From Mobula hypostoma (taxonomy: Eukaryota): a DNA stretch of 64,000 nt. Below, piece by piece: positions 38,623 through 51,954 of this stretch. The DNA lies in assembly GCF_963921235.1 (NCBI RefSeq), contig NC_086100.1:201502001-201566000 (forward strand), written 5' to 3'. Numbering within the stretch: the first letter of the stretch is position 1; the number at the start of each line of letters is the position of its first letter. The position numbers and the translations under genes are program-made. The notes under the pieces are model-generated. The model saw nothing but the letters and a program-made list of their open reading frames with translations, was not told where the DNA came from and ran no database searches.

Positions 38623-39567
38623 GATAGATAGATATACTTCGTTGATCCCGAGGGAAATTGGGCTTCGTTACAGCCGCACCAACCAAGAATACAAAAACCA
38701 CAAACAATCAAACAACAAAATGCAAACTATGCCAGATGGAAAAAAGTCCAGGACCAGTCTATTGGCTCGGGGTGTCTGACCCTCCACGGGAGGAGCTGCA
38801 AGTTCGATGGCCGCAGGCAGGAACGACTCCCCGTGCTGCCCAGTGTTGTATCTCGGTGGAATGTGGCCGAAGTCCAACAGTAAAAAGTTCAATATCTGGT
38901 CTACGAACACGTTCCTCAATCGTAATATGACCCAGATTGCACCATCTGTTGTTAACCAGAACAGTAAGCACCCAACTCCTTTACGCTTACCGCTCTCAGT
39001 GCACTTCCGGTGAGCCGGAACGGTCTGGAAGCTGTCCATGGAGAAGTTTTGATCGGGTATGTCCTCGTGCAGCCCCGTACCAGTGAAACACATAACACTG
39101 CCCTCCTGAAATGTTCTCTGATGCCCGGCTAGCGCCGTGAACTCGTCCATTTTATTCCCCAGCAAACTCCTCTTCTCCATAAGTCTCTGTTGTCTCGACC
39201 CGGTCCTCTTTCCTCGACTTTGTGATCCCCCTCTGCATCCTCTGTGTGTTTTCCTCCAGATTTCAGCAGGGGTGTCCGCCGCTCTGCTCGCTAAACCGGC
39301 CGGCATTAGTGCAAGCAGCTGGTCCCTGGAATGAACAATGCGACCATGCTTCTGTCCTGCATGACGGGATGTAACTATTTCCAGCGCTAAAAACCCAAAT
39401 AAAACTCTCTCTACCAGCACGTTAGAGAGGGTGCAGCTTTGACATGTAACCGTGAAAAAAAAATACAAAAAATAACGTGTTAAAAAGTAAGAAGAAAAGA
39501 GTAAGAATCTGATTGGAACGGCTGTAACAGGCTGCATGCACGACCGGCGCATGCCCACTATATGAGG
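38623..39567 (-). mobile_element. Short internally deleted Rex/Babar-like LINE derivative inside a Rex1 3' end (about 38250-40310)
   Basis: On the minus strand: 5' end, endonuclease N-terminus (NKMDE...SVMCFTGTGLHEDIPD), a jump to C-terminal ESFLPAAIEL, then a (TATC)n tail. Confidence 0.75.
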
Positions 39568-39690
39568 TTGTGTGTGGTTTTTCATTGATTCTATGGTGTT
39601 TCTTCGTATGTACTGTGAATGACGCAAGCAAATGAATCTCGGGGTTGTATATGGTGACATACATGTAACATGCATATTGTGACATATACA

Positions 39691-40269
39691 TGTAAGGATT
39701 CACTGCTAATGTAATGGCTTTGTAATGTTCACTACTGAGGTAATGGTTTCTCTGAAGCAGCAATGTTAGGTTTATGGCTGGAGATAACAGACTGTGATAT
39801 GCATGTTAGCCAATCAGGAGACTGTTGCTCTGTCTTGTGAATCTGGAAGGAGACTTTTCGCAGTCTTTTGTCGGGGAGAAATGAGGAGAGAAGACGCAAT
39901 TGGAGAGATTTGGTAGACCGCCGGACAGAATGGACTTGTGAGCGAGGGTCCAGAGGGCAGCGACGATCAAAGGAGGTCGATGGTGGACGATCGACTTATC
40001 AGTGAGCTCCAACATTGCGCAACAGACTGTTTAATAAGATTGGGCTCTTTTTTTTCTTTTTTTCATTTCTTTACTAACCATATAGTCAAAGTAAGAATTA
40101 TAAAGCTTAATTGTTTAATCGCATATTGTGTACTGTTTGTTATTTCGGGGTACTGATTTGTAACAGGGGACACATCACGCAGCATCAACCCAAACGAGAT
40201 TTCTTAAGTTTGGCCGGGCCGGGTGTTATCACCCCCTATATTGAGCCGCTAGCCGAAGTGAGAGTTACA
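39691..40269 (+). mobile_element. Solo LTR
   Basis: TGTAAG...GTTACA termini with 4-bp TSD TACA (39687-39690, 40270-40273). Confidence 0.85.
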
Positions 40270-41370
40270 TACATTATGTACTTTGATAATAAATTTACTT
40301 TGAACTTTGGAACTATTATAGAGCTATAACATTACATCACGGCTCTTGAACTCAATCCCCTGACTGATGAAGGCCAACACACAATATGCCTTCTTAACAA
40401 CCCTATTAACTGGCATGGCAACTTTGACGAATCTATGTACGCAGACTCCAAGATCCCTCTGTTCCTCCATACTGCTAATAATCCTACCATTAATCTTGTA
40501 TTTTCCCCTCAAATTTGATCTTCCAGAGTGAATCACTTCATACTTTTCAGGATTGAACTCCATCCGCTACTCGACAAACAGGCTCCGGGACATTCAGTAT
40601 CTCTCTCATGTGATTGCAAAAGAAATTCCTTCCTTTATCCTTGAGTGGTCCTGCACTCTCCTTCATTATCTTCTTGTTTTTAATGTAAGAATAAAGTGCC
40701 CTCAGATTCTTTTTAATCCTGCCTCTCTAGGGACTTGTTTTAGTTTTAGCTTCCTGCATATGATTCCTTTTCCTTTTGACTAAATTCACCACCATGATCT
40801 TCCTGACTGGCGGGGCAGGCTTGATAGGCCAGACGGCTACTCTTATTTTTTTATGTTCTCTTAACATCCAAGATTCCCTTAACTTGCCATCTTAGTCCTT
40901 CCTCCTTACTGGAACATACCTGTCCTATACATTGTGCAGTGAGTATTCTGTGTTTTTCACCTGATCTTTCTTTGTGTGTGTGTGGGGGGAGAGGGATTTG
41001 AGTGTTGATGATCTTGCTGCTGCTGTTTCTTGGGTTCATGGCTCCCTGGAGAAGAATAATTTTGTAATTGTGTACTTCCTTTTTAGATGGGAAGGTTGGG
41101 GAATATGTGCCAAATAGGACTAACCTGAGTAAGCATCTGGTGGTCATAGGCACGTTAGGCCAAAGGGCTTGTAACATCTCTTTGTCTCTAAGATTGTATC
41201 TTGACTAATTATTCACTGGAAATAGATTTTTCAGGGAATTACAAGTTGTTAGTGATCTTCAGATGATCAAAAGCTTTCCACATTGAACTCGTGTTAATTC
41301 TGGATGGAGAAGGATTGTGAGCCCAAGATCGTTGCTTACTCACTGCATTTTGATGTTTTATATTTCACAG

Positions 41371-41466
41371 CTAAAACCATCAATATTAAAGCACTAAAAC
41401 TAAATGCTGATATTACTGAGAACAATTTAATCTATTCCAAAGGAAAACCAACCAGTGCAGCAAATG
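41371..41466 (+). CDS. Candidate ADAM juxtamembrane spacer exon
   Basis: Lies in a non-repetitive island. Acceptor ttttatatttcacag and donor ATG|gtaagt. 96 nt, phase 1 to 1, open in the required frame: (A)KTINIKALKLNADITENNLIYSKGKPTSAAN. No recognised homology. Confidence 0.65.
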
Positions 41467-42654
41467 GTAAGTGAACTCTATCAACTCCCATTAGTCAGCA
41501 TCAGTAAGGAGATTGGGAAGTGCTGTTCAAAGCTGCGCATGTCCTCGAAAACATGAAGGTAGAGCAGGCAGTTTGGAAGACAGGTGGTATTTTTTCAAAT
41601 ATTGCCTGACTATTTGAATATAAAAGTGAGGATATCCTACTGCAATTATATAGGATGGCCATTCCTGGCATATGTGTGCAGTTTTGATCTAAACCAAAAA
41701 GATAGAAGGAATTTGGGATGACTGCTCTGTTTTCTGAAGGAAGACTGAATCAGAGATTGAATTATCCTTCCATCTTCAGAAATTAAAAGAATGAGAGGCA
41801 AACTTACTGCAACTTAACAAATTCTTAAAAGAATCAACAGGGTAGATATGGGGCAAAATGTTTTCTCAAGATGAAGTATTTGGAACAAACGACCACACTT
41901 TCAACTGAAAGAGCCACTATTCAGGACTGTTGACAAAGGGTGGTGAATTTTCAGCACACAGTATCATGGCTGACCATGATGTCTGCCTACATGTGTTCTT
42001 TATCCCTCTGTACCCAGCTTGAAAAATGTGCCTGTCTGGATGTCTCTTTCAAAGTTACGTTTGTACCTGTTCCCTTTACTTCCACTAGCAGCATGTTTCA
42101 GACACTTAAAGCTCTCTGGGTTAAAAACTTGCCTGATAAACCTGCTTTAGACATTCGGCTTCACCTTAAACCTATGCTCTCATTTTTGAGTTTTCCACCA
42201 TGGGGAAAAGAGATCTGCCTCCCATGGTTTTTAATACAAAATTGTAGCAGATTTTTAACTTCTCCAGTATTGATTGGGACATCCTTACTGCAAGAGGCTT
42301 AGGCTGGGCAGAATCCCTTCTTAAAATAGTTTGTAGATAGTCCAACTAGTGGAAAGGCTATGCCTGACCTTGTATTGGGAAACAAGCTTGGCCAGTGATT
42401 GGAGTTTCAGTGGGAGAGAATTTTGGGAACATTATTCGCAACTCCTTAAGTTTTAAGATAGATATGAATAAGGAAAAGTCTGGACCTCAGAGGAAAGTGT
42501 GAAATCCTTACGTGAAAGGCAAATTACAACTTTCTTTGGCAGGAGCACAGATTGCAAATAGCTGTTATTGGACAACACCACATCTGGCATTTGCGGCATT
42601 CAAAGACCAGCTGATCAGAATTCAGGACTGACACGTTCCTTGGAGAAAAGATAA

Positions 42655-42752
42655 GGATAGCCTTCCTTACTATCCACTGATAGCCACAGGGATAGCCTTC
42701 TTCACTGTCCATTACCAGTAGCCACAAGGATAGCCTTCCTCACTGTCCACTA
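42655..42752. repeat. Short tandem repeat, about three units of 35-39 bp
   Basis: ggatagccttc..cactgtcca..tagccaca is repeated. Confidence 0.75.
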
Positions 42753-43427
42753 TGCCCCCAATCTTAGTGACAAATGCAAATTTGCTGGTCCAGTTTACTA
42801 TATTATCATCCAGACCATTATATAAATGACAAGCAAAAACAGACCCAGCACTGATCCCTGCAGCACTCTACCAGGCACAGGCCTCCAGTCAGAGAGGCAC
42901 TATCTACTACCACTCTGTGGCTTCTCCTATAAAGCCAGTGACCAATCCTATTTACTACCTCATCTTGAATGCTGAGCGACTGAATCTTCTTAACCGACCT
43001 CCCATCTGGGACCTTGTCAGATGCTTTTCTGAAGTCCATGTAGACAATATCCACTGCCTTGCCTTCATCAACTTTCCTGGTAACTTCCTCAAAAAACTCT
43101 ATAAGATTGATAAGACTCGATCAACCATGCATGAAGCCATAGATTGATTCCAGGATTCAGGAATCTTATGTGATGAGAGATGTCAGAAAGGAAAAGGAAG
43201 CACATATAAGTTTCATGATGCAGAAATTGGACAGTGCCTTTAAGTAATGTAAAGAAAGCAGGAAAGAACTGAAGCATGAAATTAGTAGGGACAAAGGGAG
43301 CCATGAGATGTCCTCAGTGAATAGGATTAAGGAAAATCCAAGGCATTTTATCTGAAAAAGAGAGGAGCTTGTGAGAGAGTAGCACCAGAGCTAGGGAGGC
43401 TCTAATCATTGTGTCTCAACTTCTGGA

Positions 43428-43610
43428 CCTCTGATCAACCTTTGGGCTTTGATCCAGTCCTCTGATTGAACTTTGGGCTTCGATTCAGTCCTCCAATCGA
43501 CCTTTGGGCTTCGATTTAGTGCTCCGGTCGATCTTTGGGCTTCGATTCAGTCCTTCGATTGAACTTTGGGCTTCAATCCAGTACTCGGATCGAACTTGGG
43601 CTTCCAGCAG
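43428..43610. repeat. Minisatellite, about six units of 31 bp
   Basis: Unit consensus approximately tcgacctttgggcttcgattcagtcctc.ga, arranged head-to-tail without spacers. A further copy lies near 43720. Confidence 0.85.
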
Positions 43611-44494
43611 ATTGTTGGATTCACAGAAGTTGGGCCTTCAACTTTCCCAGTGGACCCAAAGATTTCCAGACTCAGGGTTTCAGCCATTGGGCCACAATTT
43701 CTGCAATTTTTGGACCTACAATCGACCTCTGGGCTTTGATTCTGGGTAAAGATCCCAAAGTTCACCAATAACAAAAAATGAAGACCCTGGATGAGGATCT
43801 GCACTCCAGGCCTTGAGCTGCAGACTCACTGACGATGGGACTCTGAGCAATATTCTTGCCAGTCTGACAGCCCGATATCCAACCATGCCCACATCTCTGT
43901 CCCTAAAACCTAACCAGACCCCAAACTCCCCTCTCTCTCCCCAAAAACCATCCCATGAAATGGAAGATCAAGAGATTGTTAATCATCTGGGGCATGTTGA
44001 AGTCCAGAAGGAAGTGGTGTTGGGTCACAGACAAAGGAATAATACAGCATAGAAACCATCCCTTCAGCCCATCCAGTCCATGCTGACCTGAACTTCTGCC
44101 TAGTTCCTTCCACCTGCACCAAGACCATATCTCTCCAAACCCCTTTCATCCATGTACCTATCCAAACTTCTCTTAAATGTTACAATTGAACCTGCATCGA
44201 CCATTTCCATTGTTAGTTCATACCACATTCTCACCGCCCTCTAAGTGAAGAAGATGCCCCTCATGTGAAACATTTCACCTTTCACCTCGAACCCATGATT
44301 TCCAGTTCTTGTCTCAACCAACCTCAGCAGAAAAGGCCTGCTTAAACTCACCCTATTTATACCCCTCATAATTTTGTATACTTCTATTAAATATCCCCTC
44401 ATTCTCCTTCACTCTAGGGAATAAAATCCAAACCTATTCCATCTTTCTCCATTAGGTCCTCAAGTCATGGCAATATCTTTGTAATTTTTTCCAT

Positions 44495-45240
44495 CAGACA
44501 TAGGAGCAGAGTGAGACCATTTGGCCCATCGAGTCAGCTCTGCCATTCAATCTTGGCTGATCTATGTCTCCCCTCCTCAGCCCCACTCCCCAGCTTTCTC
44601 CCCATAAACTTTGATGCTGTGGCCAATCAAGAACATTTCAATCTCTGCCTTAGATACATCCAACGATCTGGCCTCCACAGCTGCCTGTGATAACAAATTC
44701 CGCAAATTCACCTAAATAAATTTCTACACATCTCTGTTTTAAATGGATGCCCCTCTATCTTGAGGCTGTGCCCACTTGTCCTAGAATTCCCCACCATGGG
44801 AAACATTCTTTCCACATCTACTCTGTCTAGGCTTTTCACCATTCAAAAGGTTTCAATATGATCCCCCTTCATCCTTCTAAATTCCAGTGAGTACAGGCCC
44901 AGAGCCATCAAACGTTCCTCGAATGGTAACCCTTTCATTCCTGGAATCATCCTTGTGAATCCCTTGTGAAGACTATCCAATGCCAGCACATCTTTTCTTA
45001 GATGACGAGCCCAAAACTGTTCACAACACTCAAGGTGAAGCCTCACCAGTGCCTTATAAAGCCTCAGCATCACATCCCTGCTCTTATATTCTAGACATCT
45101 TGAAATGAATGCTAACATTTCATTTGCCTTCCTCACCACTGACTCTACCTGCAGGTAACCTTTAGGGTGTTCTGCAGAAGGACTCCCAAGTCTCTTTGTG
45201 ACTCAGATTTTTTGACTTGCTCCCCATTTAGAAAATATGC
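44495..45240 (-). mobile_element. CR1 3' fragment
   Basis: ORF 44843-45139 (-) is the CR1 ORF2 C-terminus. Confidence 0.85.
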
Positions 45241-45259
45241 TGGAGAATCAGAGGGATTT

Positions 45260-46912
45260 TTGGCAGCGTGGAGGATCAGAGGGATCTTGGGATAAAAGTG
45301 CATAGGACACTCAAAGCTGCTGCGCAGGTTGACTCTGTTGTTAAGAAGGCATATGGTGCGTTGGTCTTCATCAACCTTGGGATTGAGTTTAAGAGCCGAG
45401 AGGTAATGTTGCAGTTATATAGGACCCTGGTGAGACCCCATTTGGAGTACTGTGCTCAGTTCTGGTCACCTTGCTACAGGAAGGATGTGGAAACTATAGA
45501 AAGAGTGCAGAGGAGATTTACAAGGATGTTGCCTGGATTGGGGAGCATGCCTTATGAGAATAGGTTGAGTGAACTCGGCCTTTTCTCTTTGGAGCAGCGT
45601 AGGATGTGAGGTGACCTGATAGAGGTGTATAAGATGATGAGAGACATTAGTCGTGTGGATATAGAACCATAGAACCATAGAAACTACAGCACAGAAACAG
45701 GCCCTTTGGCCCTTCTTGGCTGTGCCGAACCATTTTCTGCCTAGTCCCACTGACCTGCACACGGACCATATCCCTCCATACACCTCCCATCCATGTATCT
45801 GTCCAATTTATTCTTAAATGTTAAAAAAGAACCCGCATTTACCACCTCGTCTGGCAGCTCATTCCATACTCCCACCACTCTCTGTGTGAAGAAGCCCCCA
45901 CTAATGTTCCCTTTAAACTTTTCCCCCCTCACCCTTAACCCATGTCCTCTGGTTTTTTTCTCCCCTTGCCTCAGAGGAAAAAGCCTGCTTGCATTCACTC
46001 TATCTATACCCATCATAATTTTATATACCTCTATCAAATCTCCCCTCATTCTTCTATGCTCCAGGGAATAAAGTCCTAACCTATTCAACCTTTCTCTGTA
46101 ACTGAGTTTCTCAAGTCCCGGCAACATCCTTGTAAACCTTCTCTGCACTCTTTCAACCTTATTTATATCCTTCCTGTAATTTGGTGACCAAAACTGAACA
46201 TGATACTCCAGATTCGGCCTCACCAATGCCTTATACAACCTCATCATAACATTCCAGCTCTTATACTCAATACTTTGATTAATAAAGGCCAATGTACCAA
46301 AAGCTCTCTTTACGACCCTATCTACCTGTGACGACACTTTTAGGGAATTTTGTATCTGTATTCCCAGATCCCTCTGTTCCACTGCACTCCTCAGTGCCTT
46401 ACCATTAACCCTGTATGTTCTACGTTGGTTTGTCCTTCCAACGTGCAATACCTCACACTTGTCAGTATTAAACTCCATCTGCCATTTTTCAGCCCATTTT
46501 TCCAGATGGTCAAGTCCCTCTGCAGGCTCTGAAAACCTTCCTCACTGTCTACTACACCTCCAATCTTTGTATCATCAGCAAACTTGCTGATCCAGAGTCA
46601 GAGGCTTTTTCCCAGGGCTGAAATGGCTAACAGGAGAGGACACAGTTTTAAGGTGCTTGGAAGTAGGTACAGAGGAAATGTCAGGTTTAAGTTTTTTTTA
46701 CACAGAGAGTGGTGAGTGTGTGGAATGGGTTGCCGGCAATGGTGGTGGAGGCAGATACAATAGGATCTTTTAAGAGACTCGTGGATAGATACAAGGAGCT
46801 TAGAAAAATAGAGGGCTATGGGTAACCTTAGGTAATTTCTAAGTAAGTATATATTCAGCACAGCATTGTGGGCTGAAGGGCCTGTATTGTGCTGTAGGTT
46901 TTCTATGTTTCT
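45260..46912 (+). mobile_element. CR1 3' fragment split by an opposite-strand CR1
   Basis: ORF 45268-45609. The sequence gtggat|...|agtcagaggc resumes at about 46596. Confidence 0.85.
45662..46594 (-). mobile_element. Young CR1 3' fragment, same subfamily as 13792-16280
   Basis: The 245-aa ORF is almost identical to the C-terminal part of ORF 15173-16207. Confidence 0.93.
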
Positions 46913-46914
46913 AT

Positions 46915-49900
46915 TTATTTCTTCCCATTTTCCAACATTGTATTTCATTTGGCACCTTCTTGCCTATTCTCCTAATCTGTCTAAGTTTTCTGCAGCCTTT
47001 CTGTCTCAACACTACCTGCCCGTCCACCAACCTTTGTATCATCTGTAAACTTGGCAACAAAGCCACCTACTTCAACTAAATAATTGATATAAAAAGAAGC
47101 AGTCCCAACACCGACCCCTGCAGAACACTACTAGTTACTGGCAGCCAACCTGAAAAGTATCCTTTCATTCCCACTCAACCAGTGCTCTAACCATGCTAGT
47201 AACTTTCCTGTAATACCATGAGCTCTTAACTTGGTAAGCAGCCTCATGTGCGGCACTTTATCAAAGGCCTTCAGAAAATCCAAATATGCAGCATCCACTA
47301 CTTCCCCTTTATCTATCAGACTTGTAATCTCCTCAAAGAATTCCAACAGGTTCGTCAGGCAAGATTTTCCCATAAGGAACCCATGTTGACTTTGTCCTAA
47401 CTTATCCTGTGTCTCCAAGTATTCCATAATCTCATCCTTAACAATTGACTCCAAACTCTTCCCAACCACTGAGGTCAGGCTAACTGCTCTATAATTTCCT
47501 TTATGCTGCCTCCCTTTTTTCTTAAAGACAGGAGTGACACTTGCAATTTTCCAGTTCTCTAGAACCTTGCCGGAGTCCAGTGGTTCTTGACAGATTATTA
47601 ATTCCTCCACAATCTCTACTGCTACCTCTTTCAGAACCTAGGGTGCGGTTCATCTGTTCTGGGTGACTTATGTTCCTTGAGGTCTTTCAGCTTTTTGATT
47701 ACCTTCTCCCTTGTATTAGTAACTGCACTCACTTCTCTTCCCTCATATCCTTCAACACCTGACACACTGCTAGTGTCTTCCACAGTGAAGACTGATGCAA
47801 AATACTCATTCAGTTCATATGCCATCTCCTTGTCCCCTGTTGTTATTCCTCCTGCCTCGTTTTCTAGCGATGTTAGATCCACTCTCATCTCTCTTATAAA
47901 CTTGAAAAAGCTTTTTCTATCCTCCTTGATATTGTTTGCTAGCTTGCTTTCATATTTCATCTTTTCCCTCCTAATGATTCTTTTAGTTGCTTTTTGTAGG
48001 TTTTTAAAAGCTTCCCAATCCTCCAACTTCCTGCTCATTTTTGCTTTGTTGTATGCCCTCTCTTTTGCTTTTACATTCGCTTTGACTTCCCTTGTCAGCC
48101 ATGGTTGTACTGTTTTGCCATTTGAGTATTTCTTTGTTTTTGGAATACATTTATCTGTACCTTCCTCATTTTTCCCAGAACTCAAGCCATTGCTGATCTG
48201 CTGTCATCCCTATCAACATCTTCCAATTTACTTTGGTCAACTCCACTCTCATACCACTGTAATTCTCTTTACTCCACTGAAATACTAATATGTCAGACTT
48301 AACTTTCTCTCTATATAAGTTCAAGTTGAACTCATCATATTGTGATCACTGCTTCCTAAGGGTTCCTTTACCTTAAGCTCCCTGATCACCTCCAGTTCAT
48401 TGCATAACACCCAATCCGATATACTGATTCTCTAGTAGGCTTAATGACAAACAGCTCTAAAAAGTTATCTGTTAGACATTCAACTTGGGATCCATTTCCA
48501 ACCTGATTTTCCCAATCTACCTGCATGTTAAAATCTCCCATGACTATCATAAAATTGCCCTTTTGACATGCCTTTTCTATTTCCCTTTGTAATCTGTAGT
48601 CCACTGTTTGGAGGCCTATATATAGTCCTTTTACCCTTGCAGTTTCTTAACTCAGCCCACAACATCATCTGATCCTATGCCACATCTTTCTAATGATTTG
48701 ATGCCATTCTTTACCAGCAGAGCTACGCCACCCCCTCTGCCTACCTTCCTATCCATCTGATACAATGTGTAACCTTGGACATTTAGCTCCCAACTACAAC
48801 CATCCTTCAGCCACAATTCGGTGATGGCTACAACATCATACCCAATAATCTGTAAAAGTGCAACAAAATCATCCACCTTATTTCTTCTACTCTGTGCATT
48901 GAGATATAACGCTATGAGTACTGTATCTGCTACCCTTTTTGATTCTGAATCCCTAATGCACTGGTACTCACCCTGCTGACTGCAATTCTGTCCTATCATC
49001 TGCCTACCCTTTCTGACAGTCCAATTGCATGCTATCTTTTCTTTTTTACCATCCATCCTATCCTGAGTCCCTACTCTCTGGTTCCCATCCTCCTGCTAAA
49101 TTAGTTTAACCCCTTCCTAACAGCCTCAGGTTCACATGCAACCCGTCACTCTTGTACAGGTCATACCTCCCTCAGAAGAGATCCCAATGATCCAAGAACC
49201 TGAAGCCCTGCCCCCTGCACCAGCTTCTCAGCCACACATTTATCTGCCAAATTATTCTGTTTCTACCCTCACTGGCACGTGGCACAGGCAGCAATCCAGA
49301 AATTGCTACTGTGGAGGTCCTGCTTCTCAGCTTTCTGCCTAGCTCTAAGTTCTCTCTTCAGGACCTCTTTGCTTTTCCTTCCAATATCATGGTACCAATA
49401 TGTACCAAGGCACCTGGCTGCTCTCTCTCCCCCTCCAAAATGTTGTGGATGCAATCTGAGATGTCCCTGACCCTGGCACCTGGGAGGCAACATACCATCT
49501 GGTTGTCCCGCTCAAGAACATAGAATCTTCTGTCTGTTCCCCTCGAGTCCCCTATCACTACCGCTCCCCTTTTCTCCCCCTTTTCCTTCTGCACCACAGA
49601 CCCATGCTCAGTGCTCTAACCTGATGTTCGTTGCATTCCCCTGGGAGGTCAACCCACAATAGTATCCAAAACAGTATACTTATTATAGAGGAGAATGGCC
49701 ACACAGGTACTCTGTGCTAGTTGCCTATTCACCTTCCCATTCCTTCTCCTGATAATCACCCAACTACTCACCTCCTGCAATTTAGGAGTGACCACTTCCC
49801 TGTAACTCTGATCAATGATCTCCTCACTCTTCCATACAAGCTGAAAGTCAACCAGCTGCTGCTCCAGATCTCCACAGATCAGAATCAGGTTTATTATCAC

Positions 49901-50800
49901 CGGCATGTGATGTGAAATTTGTTAACTTAGCAGCAGCAGTTCAATGCAATTCATAATATAGAAGAAAAAAATAAAAATAATAATAATAAATTACAATATA
50001 TGTATATTGAATAGACTAAAAATCATGCAAAAAGCAGAAATACCGTATATTGAAAGTAGTGAGGTAATGTCCAAGGGTTCAATTCCATTTAAGAATCGGA
50101 TGGCAGAGGGGAAGAAGCTGTTCCTGAATCATTGAGTGTGTGCCTTCAGGCTTCTGTACCTCCTACCTGATGTAACGGTGAGAAAAGGGCATGCCCTGGG
50201 TGCTGGAGGTCCTTAATAATAGACGCTGCATTTCTGAGACACCACTCCCTGAAGATGTCCTGAGTACTTTGTAGGCGAGTACCTAAGATGGAGCTGACTA
50301 GATTTACAACCCTCTGCAGTTTCTTTTGGTCCTGTGCAGTACCAGACAGTGATGCAGCCTGTCAGAATGCTCTTGAGTGCATTTGTTGACATGCCAAATC
50401 TCTTCATACTCCTATAGCCACTGTCTTGCCTTCTTTATGACTACATAAATATGTTGAGACCAGGTTCACGCAGATGTAGTTCCCTGGGAGTCTCTGAGTC
50501 TCCCAGGACTCCAAGTTTAAATGGCAATGGCCATTTAAACTACACTAAGTACCCCTGACACAGCAAGAAAAAAGGGAAATGTAACAGAAACTTACCTAAA
50601 GCCTATGCCTCTTCCAGCCAAAGCCTCCTTTGAGCCAAAGCTTGACGCTCCCACTCTCACCACTGGCCCAATCCCAACAATGGCAGCTGCACTTGTCACT
50701 TCAGTACTTTTATTTGCTCCTCGCTGCGCTGGTCCCATCTCTAATTGGCACCCAAATGACACCAAACGTCCATGAAGCTCTCCTTTAAATAAGCACCATT
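46915..50800 (-). mobile_element. Old CR1 with 5'UTR, ORF1 esterase and ORF2, with a nested Rex1 fragment (about 49880-50465)
   Basis: AVVIGDS/CCLPGARVRDI (ORF1), LYLNAQS/VVAITELWL (endonuclease) and SCLTNLLEFFEE/AFDKVPH (RT). Confidence 0.87.
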
Positions 50801-51279
50801 TTCTGCCCTCTTTCAGTCTTATTGATATCTTTCCTGTAGGTACACAGGATACTGCAAAATAGGCCTCACCAATGTCTTATACAATTTCAACATAACACCT
50901 CAGCTCCGTACTCAGTGTCCTGATTTATGAAGGCCAATGTGCCAAAAGCTCTCTTTATGATCCTATTTACCTGTGACACCACTTTCAAGGAATTCTGGAT
51001 CTGTATTCCCAGATCCCTCTGTTCTACTGCACTCCTCAGTGCCCTACCGTGCACCTTGTAAGACTACTCTGGTTTCTCCTTCCAAAGTGCAACATCTCAC
51101 TTCACTATATTAAATTCCAGCTGCTATTTTTCAACCCATTTTTCCAGCTGGTTTAAATGCTGCTGCAAGCTTGCTTGCAATTGTTAAAAATGCTTGAACT
51201 GGTTAATAAAACCATAACTAAAAGCAACTGCATAAAATTGTCATGATGATATTTACATGGAGACTTGTAAGATCAGCAT

Positions 51280-51810
51280 TGAACAACACACAACGCTGGA
51301 GGAACTCAGCAGGCCAGCAGTGGAAGTTTTGTGCCGAGACCCTTCATCAGGAGTAGAGAAAAAAAGATGAGGAGTCAGAGTTAGAAGGTAGAGGGAGAGG
51401 AGGAAGAACCACAAGGTGATAGGTGAACTGCGAGAGGGAAGGGGTGATTGGTGAAAGAGATACAGGTCTGGAGAAGGGGAATTTAATAGGAGAGGACAGA
51501 AGCCTTGGAAGAAGGAAAAGGGGGAGGAGCACCAGAGGGAAGTGATGAGGAGGTAAAGAGATAAGATGAGTGAGGGAAAAGGGAAAGAGGTATGGTGAGG
51601 GGAAGGGAACATTACCGGAAGTTTGAGAAATCAATGTTCATTCCATCAGGTTGAAGGCTACCCAGACAGAACATAAGGTGTTGCTCCTCCAACCTGAGTG
51701 TGGCCTCATCGAAACAGTAGACAAGGCCACAGACTGCCTGGCCTAATGAGTTCCCTCAGCATTTTGTGTGTGTTACTTGGATATCCATCTAAAGATTTTC
51801 TCTTGTTTGA
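51280..51810 (-). mobile_element. Penelope-like 3' fragment
   Basis: Homologous to 3390-3790. Confidence 0.75.
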
Positions 51811-51909
51811 GATTAGCATGGAGACCGATGCCTGCTCAGTGAGAGAAGGGTGTGAAATCTGTTCGTCAATTATTGCATTAATATTTCAGGTGTTACTATT
51901 TCACTGCAG

Positions 51910-51954
51910 GTACGAAAGCAGGCACAACTACACCACAACTGCCTGAAGATTCGG
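51910..51954 (+). CDS. Candidate ADAM Thr/Pro-rich mini-exon
   Basis: Lies in a non-repetitive island. Acceptor tactatttcactgcag and donor CGG|gtaagg. 45 nt, phase 1 to 1, open: (G)TKAGTTTPQLPEDS. Confidence 0.6.

Noticed and set aside
38668..39675. 335-aa ORF as a novel protein
   Set aside because: It crosses the boundary between two repeats and shifts in and out of the LINE reading frame. The deleted LINE derivative explains it.
43428..43610. 31-bp periodic repeat as a CRISPR array
   Set aside because: The units are contiguous and diverged with no unique spacers, there are no cas genes, and the context is a vertebrate intron.
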